Shown here: in pieces, positions 40,151 through 50,236 of the stretch
Layout: every line of letters starts with the position of its first letter
How positions within the stretch are numbered: the first letter of the stretch is position 1
DNA from: Candidatus Spongiihabitans sp.
Lineage (GTDB): Bacteria; Pseudomonadota; Gammaproteobacteria; Arenicellales; Poriferihabitantaceae
Direction of reading: 5' to 3'
Assembly (NCBI GenBank): GCA_965261425.1
Contig: OZ253452.1
Coordinates: 1,697,160 to 1,761,159, forward strand
DNA: 64,000 nt
Notes under the pieces: model-generated
What the model saw: only the letters and a program-made list of their open reading frames with translations
What the model was told of the DNA's origin: nothing
The model's database searches: none
Made by a program: the position numbers and the translations under genes

Positions 40151-41923
40151 GAGTCTGCTCACAAAGTCGGTTTTGGATATTTGAATCTGTCCCAGCCAAG
40201 CAATTGGCACAATCCGTACCCGTCCAATCGTAATTGGTGTCGCCAAGTGTTCGTTATCGACCCTATTAGTCGCCTTATTTTGGGCACAAAAAAGACCTTC
40301 AGCAGGATGAGCAGGTTCATGACTAGGAAAATGCTGTTGATCCATGCAACCGAAGTGTCTGCTCGCTTGGCACGGATGTAATTCAGCCGATAACCGTTCT
40401 TTGCCTGACCAAATTTGCCTTCTATTGGAATCCGTTGTAGGTAATCCGCCCGGCGTTGGGCTTTTAATTGCTTCAACACCTCCCGATTCGCTTCTGTTAC
40501 CTGTTTGGGTCTGCCTAATGGCTTGCCCGAAAAACGGATGCCCAATCCTTTCAAGTAGTGCCGGTTCTCTCGACTACCATATATCGGATCACCGATAACG
40601 CTTACGGGATAGCAACCATAACGTTCATGGTAACGCTCAACCTGACCCTGCAAATCATGCCCCTCATGAAACGCATCCCAACTTAAATGATCAACTCGGG
40701 ATAACCCGTGTGCCGTTAAACTCACGCTCAACTTCGAACCAAACTCAACCGACTTACCTTGCTTACCTCGCACTATCGGACGCACATACGGTTGATGAAT
40801 GCTCACAATCCGATTATCACAGCGTCGGCTTTTGTTGCGGTACATCTGCCATTGCTGTGCATAGACATGCTGAATGACCCAGTAGTGGTATAGCAGCCTG
40901 CGTGACAAAGGCAACGCCGTGCCCATCGGGAAACAATCCATTAAACCCTCAATATGACCAAAATTGCGCCGCAAGTATTGCAGTTGTTGCTTGATCGCTC
41001 GTTGGGTCGCTTGACGCTTGGGACGACGCTGTTTGACCAACCCGAGAAAATCTTTACGTGCTTGGCGACGATAGGTGCGTGGTTTCTGACTGAACTCCGT
41101 GTGTGGATACAATTCGTCAATGATCCGTTCCGTCATCTCACGCGCTTCATTCAGTAAACTTAAATCCGTGGGATACCGTATCGCTTGCTCTGCCACAGTC
41201 GCATCGATTATCAACTTACCTTCGTGGCTGGGTGCTTCCACAGTGGTGGCAGGCGAAATTGGGGAATTATCCTCCCCTTGTGGGTCTTGATTGGGTTTTG
41301 GCTCTGGTTTTGGCTCTGGCACGGACTCTGGCTCTGATTCATCACCCGACTTGTTGGTCTGTGTGGATGCCTTCAAACCATCCTTAACGCTGCGTTGCGG
41401 CACGACCTGCGCCTTTTCCACAGCACCAATAATCGCTTGATGGAACACTTCAAAAACAGTATCCCCCATACGCTTGCGTACTTCAACCAGCAACGAGGGT
41501 ACAAACGGGACTGATCTTTGATAACCGGCAAGCCCGACAAAGTATTGCAGATACGGATTCTCCTGAATCTGACTCACCGTTTCCCGATCAGACAACCCTA
41601 GTTTGTGTTTGATGATCACCGCACCGATGACTAAACGAGCATCTTTTGCTGGCCGACCCCGCTTTGACGAGAGGCTTTTATGATAGCCCTGTGCTAACCC
41701 ATCCCATGGAATGCACTGACCTAGTTTCACCCAGCGGTTGTGTGCATCAAGAGCGGTGTGAAACGGCCAGTCAAATTCTGCGATAGTACGTTGGTTGGAA
41801 TCGTTATAATCAATCATAGCTGCAAGGTTTTAGAGGTTGTTGGGCTGATTTCCATGCAGAATTATACCACAAAATCACTATTACTTGTTTATATTCAGAT
41901 AGATATATTTTATGAGCAGGGTC
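40151..41923 (-). mobile_element. IS5-family (IS1182-group-like) insertion sequence, copy 2, nested in the IS1634-like element; 6-bp duplication TATTTA
   Basis: Same 1773-bp sequence and termini as copy 1. TATTTA occurs at 40145-40150 and 41924-41929. Confidence 0.9.
40159..41817 (-). CDS. IS5/IS1182-type DDE transposase (552 aa, intact)
   Basis: The protein is identical to that of copy 3. Confidence 0.9.
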   Translation of the reverse strand: MIDYNDSNQRTIAEFDWPFHTALDAHNRWVKLGQCIPWDGLAQGYHKSLSSKRGRPAKDARLVIGAVIIKHKLGLSDRETVSQIQENPYLQYFVGLAGYQRSVPFVPSLLVEVRKRMGDTVFEVFHQAIIGAVEKAQVVPQRSVKDGLKASTQTNKSGDESEPESVPEPKPEPKPNQDPQGEDNSPISPATTVEAPSHEGKLIIDATVAEQAIRYPTDLSLLNEAREMTERIIDELYPHTEFSQKPRTYRRQARKDFLGLVKQRRPKRQATQRAIKQQLQYLRRNFGHIEGLMDCFPMGTALPLSRRLLYHYWVIQHVYAQQWQMYRNKSRRCDNRIVSIHQPYVRPIVRGKQGKSVEFGSKLSVSLTAHGLSRVDHLSWDAFHEGHDLQGQVERYHERYGCYPVSVIGDPIYGSRENRHYLKGLGIRFSGKPLGRPKQVTEANREVLKQLKAQRRADYLQRIPIEGKFGQAKNGYRLNYIRAKRADTSVAWINSIFLVMNLLILLKVFFVPKIRRLIGSITNTWRHQLRLDGYGLCQLLGWDRFKYPKPTL

Positions 41924-43244
41924 TATTTAATAAGTCCTTGGGATTCTGGCTTTTACCTATTTTCTTGATGAGCCGATCGACCGCCTTTTGTCGGTCATGT
42001 TGATCTTTATCCGCACGCTTTGGACAATGCGAGACAATGAGCCGTCTCTTCTTGTGCGTCAGCTCGGCTGCGCTTGACCCGCCTTTGCCAACTGCCTGAT
42101 AAGCTGATTTATCCAATACTTTGGTTTGTAGTGCACTTGGTAATTGTTTTAGTTTCGCTCCGACAATGTAATAAGCGCCCGCCTCATCCAGGGCGCTTAG
42201 ATTGTCTTCATTCAACATGCCCCTATCAGCGACAAAGATCATTTTCCTGACATCATAGCGCGCCTGCATCGTCTTCAAAACGCTGATTAGGCTATGGCCC
42301 TCGAAAGTAGCACCGGGGAACACTTCGTAGCCGACCGGCAGGCCTTCATGGGTGACCAGCAAAGCCAGCAATACTTGCGGCTGATTGACCTGTGTCTGAT
42401 TAACTTGACAGTCCTTGCTGTAGCCATTTTGTTTTAATTCGTCTTCCTTGAAAGACTCAAAATACAGTGTCGTACAGTCAAAAAACAACACATCCAACGC
42501 ACCAGGTAACAAGGATCGCGTGCCTTCACAGGTCATCGCTTGTAGCCGACTGATGGTGTTATCGTCCAGCTGATCCATCATCCGATAAACTTTCTCTAAG
42601 GACAAAGAAACGCCAAAGTCCTGCTCAAGCTGCTGCACACTGCCTCGCTTGTCTTGCTCTGGGGGGATTAGCAATGCGTGCCATCACGCAATGGAACAGG
42701 GCTTCATGGGAAGCACGATACCGCTTCTGTGGCAACAGGGTATCGAACGACAACTGGCGATAGACCGCGCCATACACCTCATGGATGCCCAGCACCACCC
42801 GTTGTTCTTCCACCATCTGCCTCAGATCAACATTTAAGGTGGCTTTAGACGATTGAGCTTTTGCGGCTTTCGCCTCAAGCATCTGTTTGGCGACCGTCTC
42901 AGGCGGAAACAGGCTGGGCTGATGCTGGGCTTCAAGCTTCGCCTTGACGACTTCGGCCAGCTCTTTCAATCGCACTAACTCATCGTCATCCATGGCAATG
43001 CCGATATAACGGACAATCTTTTGCTTGACCTTATCGCCGACGCGCACAGATGAAACAATCTGAACCGATTGTCTTGGGCTATTGGGTGTAGATTTAACGC
43101 GAACAAACATGGGGTGAGTCTATACATTCGATCACCGAAGTCAACACAAATATTCAAATAGGCACTACAAACCAGTTTCTCTACCACCCCCGCATGTTTA
43201 CTGGGTTGCGGGCGATCTGCATGGAGCCAACCGTCGAAGTCAGG

Positions 43245-43399
43245 ATAAAGTCTGGAGCTATAGCGATCACTGGCGTTACCACCAGCGACACGGGAAATCC
43301 TTCCTCGTATGCCGATGTCTGTAATGCAGTGGCTGGAACCGATGACAGCCTTGCTATTGGCGCCAGCGCGAAGGTGGAGTTGTACGAAGGGGCGGCACC
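43245..43399 (+). repeat. right copy of the 155-bp direct repeat flanking the IS1634-like element
   Basis: See 39398-39552. Confidence 0.85.
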
Positions 43400-44359
43400 A
43401 ATGGCAGTAGTGACAAGGGTAGACCGTTTGCATCTTCCCGGTGCTATGGATGAATTGGGAACGCCGGTCACGCTCATCACTACTGATGGGGTAACCACCG
43501 CCACGGGGGGCAAGGAGTATTTTGTTGTCGTTGACCCTACCGATAGTAATGCAGATCGTTTCTATGAGAATAAAGAAGCTTTTGATGATGATCCAGAGGG
43601 CGGGGTAACACTCGCTACTCTAATCGACAGTCTGTTAGCTGACGAAGATATTAAGGGTACAGCAACTCCCGGCAACTATGCGCTAAGCAGAATATCCAAC
43701 TCTGTAGGAGAAACACGCCTGCTTCTCCCTGTGCCAGCAGCCCGAGCGGTTGCCATTGGTGCAGACTCATCGGTCACTGGTGATAACGGCGTAGCCCTTG
43801 GTGCAGATGCGACTGCTGGTGAAAACGGCATTGCCATTGGTGCAGGTGTTACTGCTGGGGCAAACGAAGTCATCATTGGTAGTACTGCAACTACTCGTGC
43901 TGTCATCGGTGGTATTGATTTAGGGCAACTTGTGACCAATACTGATGCCGCCGACGGTCGTATTACGGCAGAGGAAACTGCCAGAACCGAAGCGGACACC
44001 GCCCTCGGGGTTCGTATTACCGATGAGGCAACTGCCAGAACCGGAGCGGACACTGCCCTTGACGGTCGTATCAAGACGAATGTAGCTGATATTACTCGGA
44101 ACCGTGCCGATATTGACACCAACCGCTCTGGTATCGCCATGGCAATTGCTTTTGCTCACCTGCCCAGCGTACCTGCTGGCGACCAAGGTAGCTGGGGCAT
44201 CGGTGCCGGTTCATTTGCTGGTAAAAGTGCCCTTGCAGTCGGCATATCCTACCGCGTTCAGAAGAACGGTCTGATAAAAGCAGGTGTTTCCAGTTCTGGT
44301 GGTGAAACCAGTTTTGGTATTGGCTTTGGCAAAGGATTTTAATCCCGTTATGATCCTGA

Positions 44360-44389
44360 AGCCCGACATTTAGAGTCGGGTTTCCTTTC
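44360..44389 (+). terminator. hairpin plus T-rich tail after the adhesin gene
   Basis: CCCGAC-ATTTAGA-GTCGGG followed by TTTCCTTTC, 18 nt after the stop codon. Confidence 0.45.
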
Positions 44390-44398
44390 AGGTAATTC

Positions 44399-44431
44399 GC
44401 GCCGATGCTCGTTGAGCATCGGCGTTTTTTG
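44399..44431 (+). terminator. Rho-independent terminator
   Basis: GCCGATGCT-CGTTG-AGCATCGGC (9-bp stem) followed by GTTTTTTG. Confidence 0.65.
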
Positions 44432-44473
44432 TTACCAGTTGGGTTTATAAGAAAAGGCTTGTCTCTATCGTGC

Positions 44474-44758
44474 TTATTTTTTTTGTGCTTTCCATGTCTC
44501 GGGTAAGATGATGCCATCGCCAAATAAATAGGCTTCCATTTGGCTTGCTAGGTATTTTTTATGTTCTCGGTCTAGCGGGCTCAATTTGTATTCATTAATT
44601 AAGATGGTTTGTTGTCGTAACCAGTTCTGCCAGGCTTGTTGGGAGATTTCATCGAATATCCGTTGCCCTAATTCTCCGGGCCAGGTTGGGTGTTCCAGTC
44701 CCATCATTTGTTTGCCCAGTTTTGCACAGCTAATCATTCTGCTCTCGTTATTACTCAT
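44474..44758 (-). CDS. yggX: Fe(2+)-trafficking protein YggX
   Basis: 94-aa ORF with C.KLGK...GL..P..PGELGQRIF..IS..AW..W...QT.LINE..L, the typical YggX pattern. It lies downstream of and overlapping mutY. Confidence 0.85.
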   Translation of the reverse strand: MSNNESRMISCAKLGKQMMGLEHPTWPGELGQRIFDEISQQAWQNWLRQQTILINEYKLSPLDREHKKYLASQMEAYLFGDGIILPETWKAQKK

Positions 44759-45882
44759 CTTTTGCTATCGCTAAGTCGATTGAAAATTTTTCGCACCGCC
44801 GCTGGAATTCCAACGGCGCAATCGGATAAAGGGTTGTACCAAAGATAATGCTCACTGTCCATAACTCTGTTGACGGTTGGGACGGTGGATTGATTCACGC
44901 TACAGGCTATCGGCTGAATCTCTAATTCAAAATGAGTGAAGCTGTGGCGTATCTTTTGCAGTGGTTTGCCTTTTGTAACGGCGATGCCGAATTGCTGGTT
45001 ACACCATGCCTGACAGTTTGTTTTGCTATCAAGCAGCTCTGGTAATGCCCATAATCCACCCCAAATGCCACTGGGCGGGCGTTTGATGAGCAAATATTCG
45101 GCATTGGCATTGCTGAGCAATATCATCCGCGAATACCGTTGCGGGCGATGGGCTTTGGGTTTGGGTGTGGGGTAGGATGTCTGCTTACCCTGTTGCCATG
45201 CCAAACAGCCGTTGCGTATCGGGCAGTGTCCACATTTCGGTCGCCGAGTCGTACAGAGTGTTGCCCCCAAATCCATAATCGCCTGCGTATAATCGGCAAC
45301 ACGGTTTGATGGGGTGAGTTGGTCGGACAATGCCCACAATTTGTTTTCTACAGCTTTAAGCGAGGGATGTCCATCTATCGTGAAAAAGCGAGTGAGTACC
45401 CGTTTGACATTGCCGTCAAGAATCGGATGGCAGGCATGTTGCGAAAAAACGAGAATAGCACCTGCCGTAGAGCGACCGATGCCGGGCAATGCCATAACTT
45501 GTTCTAGCTTGAGTGGGAAATAACCCTCATACTGGTCACGAATAGTTTGCGCGGCACGATGCAGATTTCTTGCTCGTGCATAATAGCCAAGCCCCGCCCA
45601 ATTCGCCATCACCGCATCTTGTTTGGCATTAGCCAGCGCGATGATGTTGGGAAACTGCGCCATGAATTTTTGATAGTATGGAATCACCGTTTGCACCTGT
45701 GTTTGTTGTAGCATAACTTCGGCGACCCAAATCCCATAGGGCTCTTGATGCTGTTGCCAAGGCAGGGATTGGCGACCATGCAGGTCAAACCAGCCAAGCA
45801 ATGACTGGCTAAAATGAGATGCGGTGGTTTGATGGCGGACAGGCATTTGGTCGTGAAGGCTATCAGTGCGAGTGTCGCACAT
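44755..45882 (-). CDS. mutY: A/G-specific adenine DNA glycosylase MutY
   Basis: 375-aa ORF with PYGIWVAEVMLQQTQV, LPGIGRSTAGAI (HhH), the Fe-S loop CTTRRPKCGHCPIRNGC and a C-terminal NUDIX-like domain. The start codon is uncertain. Confidence 0.9.
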   Translation of the reverse strand: MCDTRTDSLHDQMPVRHQTTASHFSQSLLGWFDLHGRQSLPWQQHQEPYGIWVAEVMLQQTQVQTVIPYYQKFMAQFPNIIALANAKQDAVMANWAGLGYYARARNLHRAAQTIRDQYEGYFPLKLEQVMALPGIGRSTAGAILVFSQHACHPILDGNVKRVLTRFFTIDGHPSLKAVENKLWALSDQLTPSNRVADYTQAIMDLGATLCTTRRPKCGHCPIRNGCLAWQQGKQTSYPTPKPKAHRPQRYSRMILLSNANAEYLLIKRPPSGIWGGLWALPELLDSKTNCQAWCNQQFGIAVTKGKPLQKIRHSFTHFELEIQPIACSVNQSTVPTVNRVMDSEHYLWYNPLSDCAVGIPAAVRKIFNRLSDSKR

Positions 45883-45968
45883 CTCGCATGCATATTGCCG
45901 AGCGATTATAATACGGTATTCTTACGCGCCTGTTCCACCATTTAGCCTAATTCAAACATAACAATTCA

Positions 45969-47966
45969 ATGAGTCTAAAATCACAATTGATTCCCTCTTT
46001 TGGTATGCGCTTTTTGTGGCTGGGGTTAGGGCTATCATTGTTGGGCTTTGCGCCGCTTTTGTGGGCACAGACGGAAGTCATTCGTAGCCATGCCATTGCC
46101 ATGCACGGCGAACCGAAATATGCGGCGGGCTTTGAATATTTTGATTATGTCAATCCGAATGCGCCACAAGGCGGGGTGCTACGGCGCGGTTCACGTGGCA
46201 CTTTTGAGAGCTTCAATCCGTGGATTGATAAAGGTGCTGCGGTGTCAACAGGCTCCATTGAGACTTTATTGGTATCGTCTGGGGATGAGGCGTTTACGAA
46301 ATATTGTTTGCTTTGTGAGCAAGTTGAATATCCGCTTGATCGGTCTTGGATTATATTCCACTTGCGCCCGCAGGCTAAATGGCATGATGGTAAGCCGATT
46401 ACCCCACAGGATGTGATTTGGTCGTTTAATACCTTGAAGGAAAAAGGGGTGCCCTTTTATCGGTTTTATTATGCTGATGTTGAGCGTGTTGAAGCCATTG
46501 GCAAATATGCGGTGCGCTTTCAATTCAAGAATGCCGGCAACCGCGAATTGCCACTGATTATTGGCGACCTGCCGATATTGCCCAAACACTATTGGCAGAA
46601 CCATGATTTTACCAAAACCACATTGACCCCGCCGCTGGGTAGTGGAGCCTATAAAATAAAACGCTTTGAAGCCGGGCGTTATATTGAGCAGGAAAAAGTC
46701 CCCGACTATTGGGGGCGGGATTTGGCAGTTAATCGTGGAATTAACAATTTCGATTTGCTGCGGGTTGATTTTTTTCGGGATCGCATTCCGATACGGCTGG
46801 CTTTGAAAGCCGGAGATATCGACTTTTATGCAGAAAATACTGCCAAGAGTTGGGCGACCGAATTCGATATTGCGACAGTGCAAACCGGTTGGTTGGTCAA
46901 AGAGCGGATTAAGCATTCTGCCCCACAGGGAATGCAAGCCTATGTGATGAATCTGCGGCGAACGAAGTTTCAGGAGCGCAAAATTCGACAAGCCATTGCT
47001 TTGGCATTCGATTTCAACTGGACGAATAAAAAAATGTTTTATAATCAGTATATCCGTTCAAACAGTTTTTTCAGCAATTCAGAAATGGCATCTTCAGGTG
47101 TTCCCGAAGGAGACGAGTTGGCACTTTTGCAACCCTATCGTGCCGAGTTACCAGCGGAATTATTTTCTCAACCGTTCGTTGTCTCACAAACCGATGGCAG
47201 AGGCTGGGCCAGAGAAAATTTGCTTAAAGCACTGTCTTTAATCGGCGAAACGGATTGGCGTATTGAGGATGGCAAACTGGTCGATTCACAGCATCAGCCG
47301 TTGGTTATCGAAATGTTGTTATACAGTAGCACCTTCGAGCGTTTAATCTTGCCCTATGCCAGCAATCTTAAACGACTCGGTATCGACATGAAAGCCCGTG
47401 TGGTCGATACCAGTCAATACCTCAATCGCTTGCGCTCGTTTGACTTTGACATGATTGTCGGTGGCTGGGGTCAGAGTGAAACCCCGGGAAACGAGCAACG
47501 CGAGTTTTGGAGTTGTGCGGCAGCAACACGACCGAGTAGTCGTAATACTGCTGGCATTTGTCATCCGGTCATTGATGCACTGATTGAAAAAATAGTGATT
47601 GCCGCAACCCGAGAGGAATTGATAACCATAACACGGGCATTGGATCGGGTGTTGCTGTGGCAAAATTTTATCGTTCCAAACTGGCATTTGCCTGCCGACC
47701 GAGTGTTGTGGTGGAATAAGTTTAGCCGCCCGGACATCCCGCTACGCAATGGGGTCAATATATCGAGGTGGTGGTTAGACGATGAAAAATCGGCGCGTCT
47801 TGCCCAAGCACGACAGGCTGGCGAGATTACCAATAGCAACGCGACCAACGCCGATGCAGTTGGCGAAGGGGGTCGTCCACGAGGCTGGAAAATCGGATTG
47901 TTGATTGGATTGCTGGTTGTTGGCGGGCTGGCAATAAAACGTGCCATGAAAACGGAGCGAAGCTGA
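45969..47966 (+). CDS. yejA: ABC transporter substrate-binding protein, YejA-like (family 5 peptide/microcin C type)
   Basis: 665-aa ORF with a signal peptide, family-5 SBP length and motifs, followed by yejB and yejE. It has an unusual C-terminal extension with a hydrophobic tail ([22 protein letters not shown]). Confidence 0.8.
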   Translation: MSLKSQLIPSFGMRFLWLGLGLSLLGFAPLLWAQTEVIRSHAIAMHGEPKYAAGFEYFDYVNPNAPQGGVLRRGSRGTFESFNPWIDKGAAVSTGSIETLLVSSGDEAFTKYCLLCEQVEYPLDRSWIIFHLRPQAKWHDGKPITPQDVIWSFNTLKEKGVPFYRFYYADVERVEAIGKYAVRFQFKNAGNRELPLIIGDLPILPKHYWQNHDFTKTTLTPPLGSGAYKIKRFEAGRYIEQEKVPDYWGRDLAVNRGINNFDLLRVDFFRDRIPIRLALKAGDIDFYAENTAKSWATEFDIATVQTGWLVKERIKHSAPQGMQAYVMNLRRTKFQERKIRQAIALAFDFNWTNKKMFYNQYIRSNSFFSNSEMASSGVPEGDELALLQPYRAELPAELFSQPFVVSQTDGRGWARENLLKALSLIGETDWRIEDGKLVDSQHQPLVIEMLLYSSTFERLILPYASNLKRLGIDMKARVVDTSQYLNRLRSFDFDMIVGGWGQSETPGNEQREFWSCAAATRPSSRNTAGICHPVIDALIEKIVIAATREELITITRALDRVLLWQNFIVPNWHLPADRVLWWNKFSRPDIPLRNGVNISRWWLDDEKSARLAQARQAGEITNSNATNADAVGEGGRPRGWKIGLLIGLLVVGGLAIKRAMKTERS

Positions 47967-49054
47967 TGGGAACATATCTTGTTAAACGGTTGTTGCTGGT
48001 GATTCCGACCTTATTCCTGATTATGCTGTTCAATTTTGCCGTAATCCAGTTTGCACCGGGCGGACCGGTGGAGCAGGCGATTGCCAATATTACCGGCGAA
48101 GGCGGTGATGCGGTCGATCGAGTTACCCGCGATAGCTCAGAAAATATCATTCAAGGTGGCAACAATAATAGTCGCTATCGTGGCGCGCAGGGACTCGATG
48201 CGGAATTCATTACCGCGCTGGAAAAGCGGTTTGGGTTTGACAAGCCGGTGCATGAGCGATTTTTCATAATGATGTGCAATTATTTGCGTTTCGATTTCGG
48301 CGACAGTTTTTTCCGCGACCGCTCGGTGGTAGATTTGGTGCTGGAGAAAATGCCGGTGTCGATTTCTTTAGGGTTATGGTCAACCTTGCTGGTGTATCTA
48401 ATCAGCGTTCCCTTAGGCATTAGAAAGGCAGTGCGGGATGGCAGTCATTTTGATGTTGCCACCAGCGTCCTGTTGACCATCGGTGTTGCGGTTCCGGGAT
48501 TTCTATTTGCGGTGTTATTGTTAGTGGTGTTTGCCGGTGGCATTTATTTTGATTGGTTTCCGTTGCGCGGTCTGCTGTCAGATAATTGGCAAACCCTGTC
48601 TTGGTCGGCAAAAATCGCCGACTATTTCTGGCATCTGGCATTGCCCCTGACCGCACTCACCATCAGCGGTTTCGCCTCCCTTGCGATGCTCACAAAAAAT
48701 TCTTTTCTCGACCAAATCAGCCAGCAATATGTATTGACTGCCCGCGCCAAAGGACTTAGCGAACGAAAAGTGATGTATGGTCATGTCTTTCGCAATGCCA
48801 TGCTCATTGTCATCGCCGGATTTCCGGCGGCAGTGGTTGGCATTCTTTTTACCGGCGCGATGCTGATAGAAATTATTTTTTCCCTTGATGGGCTTGGTTT
48901 GCTGGGCTTTGAAGCGACATTGAAACGAGATTATCCGGTCATGTTTGGCACGTTGTGGTTCTTTACCTTGCTGGGGTTGTTTCTCGGCATCATTTCGGAC
49001 TTGATGTACACGTGGATTGACCCGCGCATCGACTTTGAGACCAGCGAATCATAA
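47966..49054 (+). CDS. yejB: ABC transporter permease YejB
   Basis: 362-aa ORF collinear with E. coli YejB as I recall it ([13 protein letters not shown]...[11 protein letters not shown]...RYGFDKP.HERF...SFLD...YV.TARAKG.SE). Confidence 0.88.
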   Translation: MGTYLVKRLLLVIPTLFLIMLFNFAVIQFAPGGPVEQAIANITGEGGDAVDRVTRDSSENIIQGGNNNSRYRGAQGLDAEFITALEKRFGFDKPVHERFFIMMCNYLRFDFGDSFFRDRSVVDLVLEKMPVSISLGLWSTLLVYLISVPLGIRKAVRDGSHFDVATSVLLTIGVAVPGFLFAVLLLVVFAGGIYFDWFPLRGLLSDNWQTLSWSAKIADYFWHLALPLTALTISGFASLAMLTKNSFLDQISQQYVLTARAKGLSERKVMYGHVFRNAMLIVIAGFPAAVVGILFTGAMLIEIIFSLDGLGLLGFEATLKRDYPVMFGTLWFFTLLGLFLGIISDLMYTWIDPRIDFETSES

Positions 49055-49094
49055 TGGAAAATATTTTAGCCAACCGTCAAAGTGGTGATCGCTG

Positions 49095-50114
49095 ATGGGC
49101 TCGATTAGTCAACGGCGTTGGGAGTTATTCACGAGCAATCGGCGCAGTTTCTGGGCATTGTGGATTTTCCTGATTCTGTTTGTTCTGTCCCTGTTTGCCG
49201 AGCTGATTGCCAACGACAAGCCATTTTTTGTCTGGTATAACGGCGATGCGTATTTTCCGGTATGGGTGGACTATAACGAAACTGATTTTGACGGTGATTT
49301 CCCCACCGTGGCGGTCTATCGCGACCCGTGGTTAATCAATCAAATTGACAACAACGGTTTCGCCGTGTGGCCCCTGATAGAATTTCATCATACTACGGTC
49401 GATTGGGATCTGACCCATCCTGCCCCCGCACCCCCTGACTGGCAGCATATTCTAGGGACCGATGATCAGGCGCGGGATGTGGTTGCGCGGATTATTTATG
49501 GCTTTCGCATTTCGGTTTTATTCGGATTTATTCTGACTCTCATCAGTGCCGTAATCGGGGTTGGCGCGGGTGCTGTTCAAGGTTATTTTGGTGGCTTAAT
49601 CGACTTGCTATTGCAACGGCTTGTGGAAGTGTGGAGCAGTATGCCGACACTGTATATCTTAATTATTCTCGCCAGCGTGGTCGAGCCTAATTTTTGGTGG
49701 CTATTGGGTATTTTACTCTTGTTTTCATGGATGGGATTTGTCGGCGTAGTGCGTGCTGAGTTTCTCAAAACGCGCAAATTTGAATACGTCCGTGCGGCGC
49801 GGGCATTGGGTGTGAGTAATAGCCGAATCATTTTGCGCCATGTCTTGCCCAATGCGTTGGTGGCGACCATCACCTTCATGCCTTTCACGCTGGCAGGGTC
49901 GGTTACCATATTAACCTCGCTGGATTTTCTCGGCTTTGGACTACCGCCCGGCTCACCGTCATTAGGCGAATTACTGGCACAAGGCAAAGCCAACCTGCAA
50001 GCACCGTGGTTGGGTGTTAGCGGATTTATTATGATTAGCATGATGCTGTCGCTGTTGATTTTTATCGGCGAAGGCGTACGCGATGCTTTTGACCCGAAAA
50101 AATTATTTCGTTAG
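49095..50114 (+). CDS. yejE: ABC transporter permease YejE
   Basis: 339-aa ORF with the N-terminal RRW..F..NRR pattern, the long periplasmic loop typical of YejE, and an EAA-like loop (YVRAARALGVSNSRII). Confidence 0.85.
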   Translation: MGSISQRRWELFTSNRRSFWALWIFLILFVLSLFAELIANDKPFFVWYNGDAYFPVWVDYNETDFDGDFPTVAVYRDPWLINQIDNNGFAVWPLIEFHHTTVDWDLTHPAPAPPDWQHILGTDDQARDVVARIIYGFRISVLFGFILTLISAVIGVGAGAVQGYFGGLIDLLLQRLVEVWSSMPTLYILIILASVVEPNFWWLLGILLLFSWMGFVGVVRAEFLKTRKFEYVRAARALGVSNSRIILRHVLPNALVATITFMPFTLAGSVTILTSLDFLGFGLPPGSPSLGELLAQGKANLQAPWLGVSGFIMISMMLSLLIFIGEGVRDAFDPKKLFR

Positions 50115-50236
50115 TGTTGCGGTTATTGTGTGGATTCAAGTGTGTTCAGTAGTGGCGCAACACAAGTCATCAGCTCGCCCCGCTTGATTGGGGTCACGTT
50201 TACGATTGACTTTTAATCGTCTTCAATCCGAGCTGA

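Larger units (their letters stand above)
39553..43244 (-). mobile_element. IS1634-group (IS4-superfamily) insertion sequence, ~1.9 kb native length, itself interrupted by IS copy 2
   Basis: It has a perfect 16-bp terminal inverted repeat CCTGACTTCGACGGTT (39552-39567 and 43229-43244). The transposase pieces are ORFs 42625-43110 (MFVRVKSTPNSPRQSVQIV...), 41910-42674 and 39651-40199. One frame break lies at a G6/C6 run (42661-42666). The other break is the IS insertion. Excising that IS plus one TATTTA restores ...PKDLLNNYGYKKFLIIKG in frame. Confidence 0.8.
39155..44342 (+). pseudogene. trimeric autotransporter adhesin (YadA-like) gene, disrupted by nested IS insertions
   Basis: The N-terminal ORF is 39155-39556. 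The C-terminal ORF is 43194-44342. It has head-type repeats (AVAIGADSSVTGDNGVALGADATAGENGIAIGAGVTAGANEVIIGS) and stalk repeats (ETARTEADTAL / EATARTGADTAL). It also has a YadA-type anchor (GIAMAIAFAHLP...GISYRVQKNGLIKAGVSSSGGETSFGIGFGKGF). Confidence 0.8.

Noticed and set aside
46266-46991. 241-aa minus-strand ORF inside yejA, plus similar long antisense ORFs in acnA (13480-13971), the MFS gene (15240-15770), the adhesin (43676-44140) and proA (60678-61154)
   Set aside because: Each lies wholly within a confidently assigned gene on the other strand and shows no family signature.
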